Assembly (NCBI GenBank): GCA_965215015.1 | Contig: OZ244042.1 | Coordinates: 4,832,001-4,896,000 of the forward strand | Length of the DNA stretch: 64,000 bases | From: Candidatus Poribacteria bacterium | Lineage (GTDB): Bacteria > Poribacteria > WGA-4E > PCPOR2b | Direction: 5' to 3' | In this document: in pieces, positions 40,968 through 50,200 of the stretch | How positions within the stretch are numbered: position 1 is the first letter of the stretch | How the letters are laid out: every line of letters begins with the position of its first letter | Position numbers and translations under genes: made by a program | Notes under the pieces: model-generated | Seen by the model: the letters and a program-made list of their open reading frames with translations, nothing else | What the model was told of the DNA's origin: nothing | Database searches by the model: none

Positions 40968-42107
40968 TTATTCTTTCAATCCTTTTAATCTTAATTGCGA
41001 TTCGGTAACGACCCGCCGTAACCGTCTTTTTAAGGATTCTGGATTCCTCGTGATTTCGAGTTCGATCTCTAACACAAAAAATTGTATGGATTCTAGGGAC
41101 AAAAACGCTGTTGTTGCTGCAAAGGCTTTTAGTTTCTGCGAATCCTTCTCGGTTGTCACAATTATATCTGCCCCGACCTCACCAACCCTTGCGCTGATGT
41201 CGCTGAGGTCTGCCGACGAGTAGTGGTGATGGTCGGGAAATGCGAGAAGCTCCACAGTCTTCGGTTCAAACTGACGAAGTGTTCCGACAAAGGCTTCGGG
41301 GTTACCGATTCCACACACAGCAAGGATGCACTGCCCTTTTAACAGATCTAACGCACATTCCTCGCCGGTACTCAATTGATATAATCTTATAGGTCGATGG
41401 CAGCTCTCGAAAATCTGCTTCCCTTGCACAAAACGTTCAAAGTTGATAGATTCTGCTGCAAGGTCTGTCCGCGTTAACAGCAGGATAGCTGTGCGTTTCA
41501 AAGCAGCTGTCGGTTCGCGTAGCGTTCCTGCTGGGAGCAATTTTCCTGTGCCAAAGGGCTGCGTGCTATCCATTGTGAGGATATCCAGATCCCGTGCCAA
41601 CTGTCGTCGTTGGAATCCATCGTCCAAGATGAGCACGCCTGCCGTGTGCCCCCAAAGCCGAATCACCTCAAGCCCCGCAGCATAGCGGTCACTCCCGACC
41701 ACGACGGGAACGCCCAGTAGCTTACTGGCTATCAGCCCAGCCTCATCGCCGCTTTCTGGCGCGGGCGTCAAAATCTGTTTCCCATCGGATACGACTGAGA
41801 CTGAACGCTGACCTTCTCGCCTATAGCCGCGCAGGAGTACCCCCACCTGAAACCCTTCGCTCTGCAGATATTTTGCTATCCAGATGACCGCGGGCGTTTT
41901 GCCTGTGCCCCCGGCGACGATGTTCCCGACACTAATCACGGTACAGGGGAGTTGTTTCTGTTTCAGAAGACCACAATCGTAGAGCCAACTATGTGTCTTG
42001 ACAACCACAGCGTAGAGATAACTCAATGGAATCAGCAAGCCGAGCAGGAGGGTCGGAATAACCCCCGTCCTTCTGCCTGTGATGATAGCGTACAGGTAAT
42101 CCTTCAT
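40968..42107 (-). CDS. lpxK: Tetraacyldisaccharide 4'-kinase
   Basis: VISVGNI.AGGTGKTP, RGY, GDE, LDDGFQ, LLPAG.LRE, TTEKD. Confidence 0.95.
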   Translation of the reverse strand: MKDYLYAIITGRRTGVIPTLLLGLLIPLSYLYAVVVKTHSWLYDCGLLKQKQLPCTVISVGNIVAGGTGKTPAVIWIAKYLQSEGFQVGVLLRGYRREGQRSVSVVSDGKQILTPAPESGDEAGLIASKLLGVPVVVGSDRYAAGLEVIRLWGHTAGVLILDDGFQRRQLARDLDILTMDSTQPFGTGKLLPAGTLREPTAALKRTAILLLTRTDLAAESINFERFVQGKQIFESCHRPIRLYQLSTGEECALDLLKGQCILAVCGIGNPEAFVGTLRQFEPKTVELLAFPDHHHYSSADLSDISARVGEVGADIIVTTEKDSQKLKAFAATTAFLSLESIQFFVLEIELEITRNPESLKRRLRRVVTESQLRLKGLKE

Positions 42108-42252
42108 GAGTGATTTCGCTTGAGACTCATATTAAGAAATCGTACAACAGAAACCGTAGGTACTTGTATCCCGATTTATCAGGGGAGGGATTACCCCGCT
42201 CATGCTTGTCAAAAACTTGGTTTTTCTGCGCGCTTTACACTTTCTTTTTCTA

Positions 42253-42554
42253 TTAGGAGTTATGCGGTTGAACCCTCGACGCCTTATCGGTCAAGATTTA
42301 TATCTCGACACAACACTGTCGATTTGCCAAAATTGACCTACCGCGCCACCGTTACAGATTCGGTGGACATGCCTCTCAACGCCCGATTCATCGGGCGGCT
42401 ACAGTGTGCTCTCCCCCCACTTGCGGGGGGTTAGGGGGGACAACCCACCGGGTATTTACGGGGGAAGAAGGGGTTACGGCATACGGCGTATGCCGCTTAC
42501 CTTAAAGACGCGGGTTGAATAGCACGACTCCAAACTCAAGTGCGTAACTCCTAA
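42253..42554. mobile_element. MITE-like element with nested REP palindromes
   Basis: TIRs ttaggagttatgcggttga / tcaagtgcgtaactcctaa; inner hairpins cgcccgattcatcgggcg, ccccccacttgcgggggg, ggcatacggcgtatgcc. Confidence 0.7.
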
Positions 42555-42563
42555 TAATGAACT

Positions 42564-43019
42564 TTACTTGATAATGCCAACAATCTTATCACGGTTCGTT
42601 TCTATCAGTTCTCGCTGTTCGGGCCAAAATATTGCAGGGAGTGCCCCGATTGGATACCACGCCAGTTCGTAGTGATGCTCTACATCGGTTGGAGTGCCTT
42701 CCACCTGCCCTGTGAGAAAAAGGAAATAGTGAGTTGTAATCCAGCAAACTTTGTCATACGAGAGTCGCGCTCGTATGCCGAGTTTTTCAATCAGCATTAG
42801 TGAGGATAAGCCTGCCTCCTCTTCGATTTCCCTACGAGCCGCCTCTTCTAAACTTTCGCCGGGTTCGACACCGCCCTTTGGTAAGACGCGCTCCGTAAGT
42901 CCAAATTCCCCAACAAGAGCGACATAAATTTGTCTATCCGCTACCCGCGCGACTACACCGCCCGCAGAGGTTCGATCACTAACGCCGGGCGGGCGTTTAT
43001 ACCAACTTTCATCAATCAT
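42564..43019 (-). CDS. Nudix hydrolase
   Basis: Nudix box GGVEPGESLEEAARREIEEEAGL; start overlaps the lpxB stop. Confidence 0.92.
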   Translation of the reverse strand: MIDESWYKRPPGVSDRTSAGGVVARVADRQIYVALVGEFGLTERVLPKGGVEPGESLEEAARREIEEEAGLSSLMLIEKLGIRARLSYDKVCWITTHYFLFLTGQVEGTPTDVEHHYELAWYPIGALPAIFWPEQRELIETNRDKIVGIIK

Positions 43020-44145
43020 TTAACTCTCCTCGTTTGATGTGGCTCAGTATCAACTGAGCGGTTCGCTTCGCTGCACCGGGCTTCCCCAGCTGTTCATACA
43101 CCCAACGGAGGCGTTCTTGCTGCGCTTCTCGCTTTCTGGGGTTCTGCAATAATTCAAGGGCGATCGGTGTGATCCGTTTTGCTGTCACCTGATCTTGGAG
43201 CAGTTCTGGAACAATTTCGCGCCCTGCGATGACATTGGGCAATCCGCTCAGTTCTAGCTTAACGAGGGCTCTGAGGATATGCCACGATAATCTTGACATC
43301 GTATAAACCACAATCATCGGAGTGCCTAAGCAAGCCGCTTCAAGGGTCGCCGTGCCTGACGCAATCAACATCAAATCTGATGCACGCATCGCTTCATATG
43401 CGCTGCCTTCTACAACGCTGACCAACGGCATCTCCGGCAGCGTCGCCGAATCAATACCGGACGCGAGTGGAAGGACAAATTGGCAGCCTGACACAACCTG
43501 ATGTATCTGATCTGCGACCTCCAACATTACCGGTAGAATGCGGTCAACCTCTCGACGGCGGCTGCCGGGCATTAGTCCAAGCACAGGACAATCTGTGTCC
43601 AAACCGAGTATACCACGTGCTTCCGCGCAACTCAGATCGGTTCGGGCAAAGTCCAACAACGGATGTCCAACAAACTCGACATTTGCCCCTGCCTCCCGAT
43701 AAAATTCTGCTGCAAACGGGAAGATTGACGCGACAGCAGTTGTTGTCTTGGCAATCTTTTTCGCACGGTTCGGGCGCCATGCCCACGCCTTGGGGGGAAT
43801 ATAGTAGATGACCGGAATCCCCAGACCATGTGCAAAGCGCGCCAAAGGCATATTGAAATCGCCGAAATCGACCAATACCACGGCGTCAGGACGCTCCACA
43901 CGAATCAGATATTTGAGATGTTTACGCTTTTTCAGGAACGCAGGGATGGCGGTAAACACTTCGCCAATTCCTATCACCGCAGAGTCGCGGATATGATAGG
44001 TGAGTTCGACCCCCACTTCCTCCATCAAATCGCCTCCCATGCCCACAATCTCTAAATCGGGGGCAATCTCTTTGAGTTCAGCAGCCACACGGGAGGCTTG
44101 GAGATCTCCGGACGGTTCGCCGGCGATAATCATAATTGTTGGCAT
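43012..44145 (-). CDS. lpxB: Lipid-A-disaccharide synthase
   Basis: AGEPSGD, WAWR..R, FVGHPL, PGSRR.E, ASGTATLE, LPN. Confidence 0.95.
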   Translation of the reverse strand: MPTIMIIAGEPSGDLQASRVAAELKEIAPDLEIVGMGGDLMEEVGVELTYHIRDSAVIGIGEVFTAIPAFLKKRKHLKYLIRVERPDAVVLVDFGDFNMPLARFAHGLGIPVIYYIPPKAWAWRPNRAKKIAKTTTAVASIFPFAAEFYREAGANVEFVGHPLLDFARTDLSCAEARGILGLDTDCPVLGLMPGSRRREVDRILPVMLEVADQIHQVVSGCQFVLPLASGIDSATLPEMPLVSVVEGSAYEAMRASDLMLIASGTATLEAACLGTPMIVVYTMSRLSWHILRALVKLELSGLPNVIAGREIVPELLQDQVTAKRITPIALELLQNPRKREAQQERLRWVYEQLGKPGAAKRTAQLILSHIKRGELND

Positions 44146-44281
44146 GGTAGTGAGTGAGGCGCGAAAGGTGAAAAAGAAGTATATCTTGAGGCATCGTTCC
44201 AGTCATACAATCAACGATTACCTTGTACGCAGGCGATATGCTCCTCCGGTAAGCCTCCTTTTCTCCAATTAACTCGTCAGT

Positions 44282-47032
44282 TCAGTCATCCAATTCGCAG
44301 ATATTATCAAAGATACGATTCCACTGTCCTCCATCAACGTGATACCGTGCGACCTCGTTGTCCAAATAGTCATAAAACCCAACTTCGATTCCATCGGCTG
44401 AATGACTCCACCTGGCTTGATTGGCGAATTCCGTTACTGAAAATCCCTCTGCGGTTTCAACAGATTCCCAAACCTTTTCTTCGTCGATCCAATCGTAGCC
44501 CTCGGCCCTGAGCAACTCTTTGATTGCATAAGTGCCATTTCCACGACCTCTCCTCTGCTTGCCTACCCTGATAGTTATTGACCATTCTAGTCTAGTGAGT
44601 CCCATACTCCTTTCTAAATCCTCAAGAAATGGTGAGAAATTATTTGTCTTAGTTAGGATGAACAAATTTTCCACAGCCCGGGTCAGTGCTACATAAAAGA
44701 GGCGACGTTCCTCATCGACAACACTCTCAACACTGTCGCCAAAAACGCGGGTAAAAATTAAATTGGGGTGTATTAACGGGTAACACCTAGAAACGGCATC
44801 AAGTACGATAACAACATCTTCCTGAAGCCCTTTGTACTTGTGGGTCGTTGATATAGTGACCCTCTCCGCTAGTTCGTTAGGAAGCCGAGCGCGTAATAAT
44901 TCAAGAAAACGATCAAGTCCACTTTCGCTTGATGAATTACCTTGATCGCTATAATTTATATCCCAGGGCAGACTCAGACTATTCGTCCGGCTGAGCAAGA
45001 CAACGCTTTTGTCATCTTTGATGACTTGGTTCACTAAGCGTAATACGGCAGGTGTTAAATTATCGCCGGGGTTTTCTTCTCTTTCTTGGCGGGTTGGTTT
45101 AAATGTGCCCAGGTCTGCAATCACGACTTTTCCTGCTTTATCTGTGTGGGCACGAGCGGGTTTACCCAATTCCCTCATCAATTTGTTGCCGACATTGACA
45201 ATCGCGCGAGTCGAGCGATAATTTGTAACGATGTGACGTTTGCGAGAATCCTCAAAATATTGTTCAAAGTTTTGGAAAAAGCGAAGATCGGAACCAGCAA
45301 AGCCGTTAATTGCCTGCCAGTCGTCACCAACGCAGAAAAAGCGTGCACGGGGGTTCTGTCCTCGAACGGCCTCCATCAAACGATAGAAAAGTTCCGAAAA
45401 ATCTTGATATTCATCAATGAGCACATACCGAATCTGTTCCAGGTTACCATACCGAATCTGTCCAGTGTCAGATCTATACCGACGAAATACAATTTTACCC
45501 TCCGCAACGCGTTCTGAAGCTTTTTGCATTAGTCCATCAAAATCATCGTCTCCTGTTGCTTGAAGACATTCCAAATAAGACCTATAAAAGACCTGTGCAA
45601 GACCCAAGAAATCCTGCTCGACATCGCTGTCACAATCGTGATTGTTTACCCTTTCAGAGAGTTGCCCTGAAGTCAGGGAGAGCTTTCGGCAGCGTTTTAT
45701 AAATCCCACAGTAACTTCGGTAAGGCGATCTATCGCACGGCCTTCGATCCGACGCCATATCTCCTCCTCGCTGAGCCGATTGCACGGAATTTCGCAAGCT
45801 TCGAGTTCTTGTCTCAGTAAAGTATAAAAACCCTCTACTCTATTACTTGTCAGGTGATTGGGAGAAAATTCAAGTAGTTTCCAGTTAGGTTCGTTTCGCC
45901 AATAGTTGCGCTTTTGCTCTGACATAGCATCGTAATCAGCGTCACCTTCGAGCCCAAAGTATTCAATAACTACCCCACGGTTGTCTCCAATCGTAAAGTC
46001 CGGACGGTAATTGATACCGTCCCGCCGAAAATTTCGCTCATATCTGTATTTGATGTCGTGCTCAAACAGGAAATCAGCGATGATTTTTTCTCCAAACGAT
46101 TTTACATATCTTCCATCAAGACTTTCCCGAGACAGTGAGCGGCGATAAGACAACATATCTTCGGGGGTTCTATCGTGCTCCCCTAAAACGATGCGGTCCC
46201 AATCGCCACGAAAGTATGCCACCATCAAGGCACGGATCCGATCGTAGTAATGAGGATCGCGCAGGTGTTGATCAATCACGGCCTGCACAGCGCGGCTTTG
46301 GCTTTGTTCACCCTCGGGCTCGTCGCGAAGAATTCTTCCAGGATGAACCAAGGCATAAGCCAATTTGTGAAAAGTCATTACGTGGGGAATAGAATTTCGT
46401 AAGTATGAGGCAAGGCGCGCTCCCATCTCCTCTGCCGCCTTACGGTTGAAGGCTAGAAGTAACATCTCATCAGGTGCTACGCCGCAGTGCTGCTGAAAGA
46501 ACAATGCACGATTGACCAAAGTGGCCGTTTTACCGCTACCGGCGCGCGCCACAACCTTCACGTTACCTTCAACAGTCCCAATCGCTGCCTCCTGTTCAGC
46601 GTCTGGCTTGGGGCCTTTGAGATCTAAACAATTTTCTGCCCAAGAATGTACATAATTGATTTTTTCAGTGTCATACTCTTCAGACGATATGTGATCAGTA
46701 CACCAGCCCTGGTAGAAGCTGTAAGCCTCGAGGAAGTTTTGTTCAAAAAGTTCCCGTAGCTTCTCAAGCCAGGATTGCCTTTCTCTTTCACTTTGAATTA
46801 GTTCTGGCAGATTTTGCCAACCTTCTGTACCAAGTTCCTTACGAAGTTCCCTTTTTGTCCGCGCGAGCAACGGCCATGACCAATTCGGAAAATCCTCTGG
46901 GATAAGTTCCTCTTCTATTTGAATGAGTGCCTTTCCCCTTAGTCTTGGTGCTAATTCTTCAAGCGTATCCCAACCGAAATGCCTTACGAGTTCCTCAAGA
47001 GGTTGTGCTGTCCTGGAGTCTAGGTTTATCAC
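44282..47032 (-). CDS. UvrD/HelD-like SF1 helicase with inserted PD-(D/E)xK-like domain
   Basis: ARAGSGKT, DEYQD, VGDDWQAI, NYRS, KGL, EERRLFYVALTRA. Insert S.GE..IADFL...YRPDF...IEYFG. Confidence 0.88.
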   Translation of the reverse strand: MINLDSRTAQPLEELVRHFGWDTLEELAPRLRGKALIQIEEELIPEDFPNWSWPLLARTKRELRKELGTEGWQNLPELIQSERERQSWLEKLRELFEQNFLEAYSFYQGWCTDHISSEEYDTEKINYVHSWAENCLDLKGPKPDAEQEAAIGTVEGNVKVVARAGSGKTATLVNRALFFQQHCGVAPDEMLLLAFNRKAAEEMGARLASYLRNSIPHVMTFHKLAYALVHPGRILRDEPEGEQSQSRAVQAVIDQHLRDPHYYDRIRALMVAYFRGDWDRIVLGEHDRTPEDMLSYRRSLSRESLDGRYVKSFGEKIIADFLFEHDIKYRYERNFRRDGINYRPDFTIGDNRGVVIEYFGLEGDADYDAMSEQKRNYWRNEPNWKLLEFSPNHLTSNRVEGFYTLLRQELEACEIPCNRLSEEEIWRRIEGRAIDRLTEVTVGFIKRCRKLSLTSGQLSERVNNHDCDSDVEQDFLGLAQVFYRSYLECLQATGDDDFDGLMQKASERVAEGKIVFRRYRSDTGQIRYGNLEQIRYVLIDEYQDFSELFYRLMEAVRGQNPRARFFCVGDDWQAINGFAGSDLRFFQNFEQYFEDSRKRHIVTNYRSTRAIVNVGNKLMRELGKPARAHTDKAGKVVIADLGTFKPTRQEREENPGDNLTPAVLRLVNQVIKDDKSVVLLSRTNSLSLPWDINYSDQGNSSSESGLDRFLELLRARLPNELAERVTISTTHKYKGLQEDVVIVLDAVSRCYPLIHPNLIFTRVFGDSVESVVDEERRLFYVALTRAVENLFILTKTNNFSPFLEDLERSMGLTRLEWSITIRVGKQRRGRGNGTYAIKELLRAEGYDWIDEEKVWESVETAEGFSVTEFANQARWSHSADGIEVGFYDYLDNEVARYHVDGGQWNRIFDNICELDD

Positions 47033-47272
47033 ATCAGTTTCCTTTCTATCGGCTTAGTATCTGAAAGATTGGTTATTGCTAATTCTGTTTTCATTGATTT
47101 GAGTTTCTGCAACACAACGCTGACAGAATGTCCACGGCCGTTGGAAAGTAACGAGCATGACTCTATAGCGGCCAGCGATTCAATCTCTTAACACTGTTAC
47201 GGCACTGTTAGCTAAGGGAGCAGCGATTGTTGCTTTTATCACATTGTGTTTAAGGTGTTCACACTGTTTTTT

Positions 47273-50200
47273 TCACTCATCAGCGGCGGTTTGCGTCAAA
47301 TATCCGTCAATAATCTTCTCCGGTATCTCCTGCCTGCTCCCAGTATGACCAAGGACCACGGGGGTATATTGAATTGGTACCGATACCTGCGGGATTGTTT
47401 CAACCGTCAGCAGGTAATCGCCGATCTCCATTTCCTGAACCATTACGGGACTAGATGCCAACTGCTTAAATTGGTTGTCGTAAAGCTTGGCATCCAATCG
47501 ATCGCTCTCCGTACGGATGCCGACGCCCACCTTTCCCTTCACCGTAACATTAAACGCGAAAACTTGGATCTCACCGGGACGAATTAACCGGGGACTGTCA
47601 AATGCGGTATCGAGCGGCTTTGGGAAAATCTTGAGCAAGCGGATATCTCCCGCCTGCGCTGTTCCTCTCAATGGTCGTGTCCAAAGCTGATAAGCTCCCG
47701 CTGGCAAAAAATAACGAAGCTGCCGACCTTTACTACTGCCAACGCTTGTAGTCAACACCTTTTGATCTAATAATAGTGCCGTTACCCCGGGTGCGTCGAC
47801 ATCAGCGATGATATAAGCAGGGCACTCCAAACCGAACCTCCAACGCTGCGAGCGGTTCGCTAATGTCGCGAGTCCATCCGAAAGCCCTTTCACTCTGCGG
47901 GGCTTCTTGCCCATAAAAGCCCAATCTTTCTCCTGCGGCTTGGCTTCCCAAACCTTGACATAACCGGGTCCGTATGAAAGTTCGAGTATCCCCCGTGCCC
48001 GGTTTGCTTGAAAACGCTCACCTTCACGGATAATCCCATCGTTTCCTACGAGTCGCCCCTTCACCATATCCCCTGCGACAAAGAGTTCTTTCTGATCTTT
48101 TACCTCCTTGATCAACAGCGACATGGTACCTGCTTCGGCGAAAACATCTTCAAAACCCTGTTTTGAGTCAAATTTCTGCACGGTCTCCGCAGATTCTCTC
48201 TGCTTCTCAATGCGGAATAACCCTGCTGCGTCGCCCCGGTTGACGATGAATAGCTCTCCACCGGGGACCGTGATTAGCCGCTGGGTATTGCCGTGTGCGG
48301 CAACGAGCGACACCGTCTGTTTCCCATCCCATACAAACGCAACCAAGCCTCTAGTAAGCAGTAGATTATAAGTTTGACGGGATTTATCCAGTACAAATGC
48401 CTTGGCACTGCCGGGTTGGAGTGGTCCCTCATAGGAGAGCGTTTTGCCAAACTTTATCCGTTCTTTCTGCTGAAAAGTGTGTGTGCTGAGATGTACTTTC
48501 TCCGTCTCGATCGTTTCGCGTGTTTGCCAGATTTTAGCGCGGTATTTTCCTTTGCTTGGCACCGCTGCCACTGTTTTCGATGGTGCCATCCCCATCCCAC
48601 CCCAGTGAAATTTTGACCTAAACCGATCTTCAGAGATATAAGTCATCGCACCAATCTGATCCCCGATAGAGTCTACTTCCAGCAACAAGGGGCCATCGGC
48701 ATCGTTTACCAAATCGAAGGCGAACGGCAGTTGCCCCAATTCAACCGTCCTAATCGTCCCGGTTGCCAGCGCAAAGGGTTCGAGGGTAAGGTGCTGAGTC
48801 TTCTCATAAGGACTTAAGATTAGCCAGCCGCGTCCATTATCCATCACTACCGGTGCGTCCATCACAGTTTCAAAGGGGTGCTCTAGTGTAGACGAGAACT
48901 GCAGCAGCGCACCAGTGCTCTCCCGTGCCCAATAACTGCTCTGATTAGCGTCGGTTAATTCCAATGCGATCGGTTCAGCGTACGGAGGCCACAGGAGTTC
49001 AGTTTGTCCACGCAAAACGGAGACAGGTTTGGGCATAACAGGAGCGACATCTAGCGTCACTTCCCCTGCAAAATCTCCCAATCTCCACACCAAAATCTGA
49101 TAAGAGGTCTCCGCTTGTAAAGGGATATAGAACCTTGAGGATTGAGTGGCATCGAATTTCCCTTCGTACAATGTGTGGGCGCCCTTCAGCAAAGCAACAC
49201 CCAATTTGCCCATCCCATTTCTGTCCGGGGACGGAAAGGCATTAACACTGACCCCTACAAGGATGTTAGCGTTATCAATCCTGAAGGGAACAGCTAACAC
49301 TTTCTCCCCAAGATTTTCCTCCACCGTAAACGGTGGAAAGCCGCGTTCAGGGAGAGCGTACTGCTCGCGGGATTTCATCGTGACGTGAACCGTGCCGTAA
49401 TTGCGCCCAACAGGTACTAACTTCAGGAGATAGCGTCCGGGAGCCAATCGTTGGGAGATACGGAAATTCCAATCGTTCGGCATATCATCATTCTGCGCCA
49501 AAAGCCGAGTGCCGGTTTCATCCCATAGACTAGCCTTCACATCGGTTGGACCAAAGCTGAAGATATCGACAATTCCGGGTTGTCCCAGACGGACGATTAG
49601 ATCGGCTGGTAGACTAACAGACTGGCGCAATCCGGGGATGAGCTGAGACGTTTCTACTCGCAGGGTGTAAGGTAAGAGATTATCTTCTCTAACACTCTTC
49701 ACTGCAATCTCATACTGGCCCGGTTGGAGCGTATCCTGCCATGTGCTGTCCCCTGCTATTATCCTTCCGTCATCCGCCCCCCCACGGAGGCGAATAATTC
49801 CCTCCATTCCACCGCTTAGGTTGATTGTCACATCAACGGGTGCTGTGATTTCTGTTGCGAATATGTCCGGCGGCCCGCCCTCCTCTTCCCGCCACATCAT
49901 TTTAACCGTTTCGTTGAAAGGGATAGGATGGGGACCCTTACCGACGCGTTCCTGTTTCTCAGTGATTCGCGTCAAGGTGGTAATTCGTGTAGATTCGACC
50001 GGCAATGGTAAGGAGTAGTAGTAGTAAACCCCCGGCTCGAAATGTTGGGCCGCTATTTTCTTACCTCCAGGCTTGGTCAGAGGCCACTCCTCTTTGTCCT
50101 CTAAGCGATTGGCGAAATTCTTACCAAGACCAAGGGTTCGTAGGTCGTATCGGCCGGATTCGTCAATTGTCAATGTGTATCGGAGGGCAACGTCCGGTTT

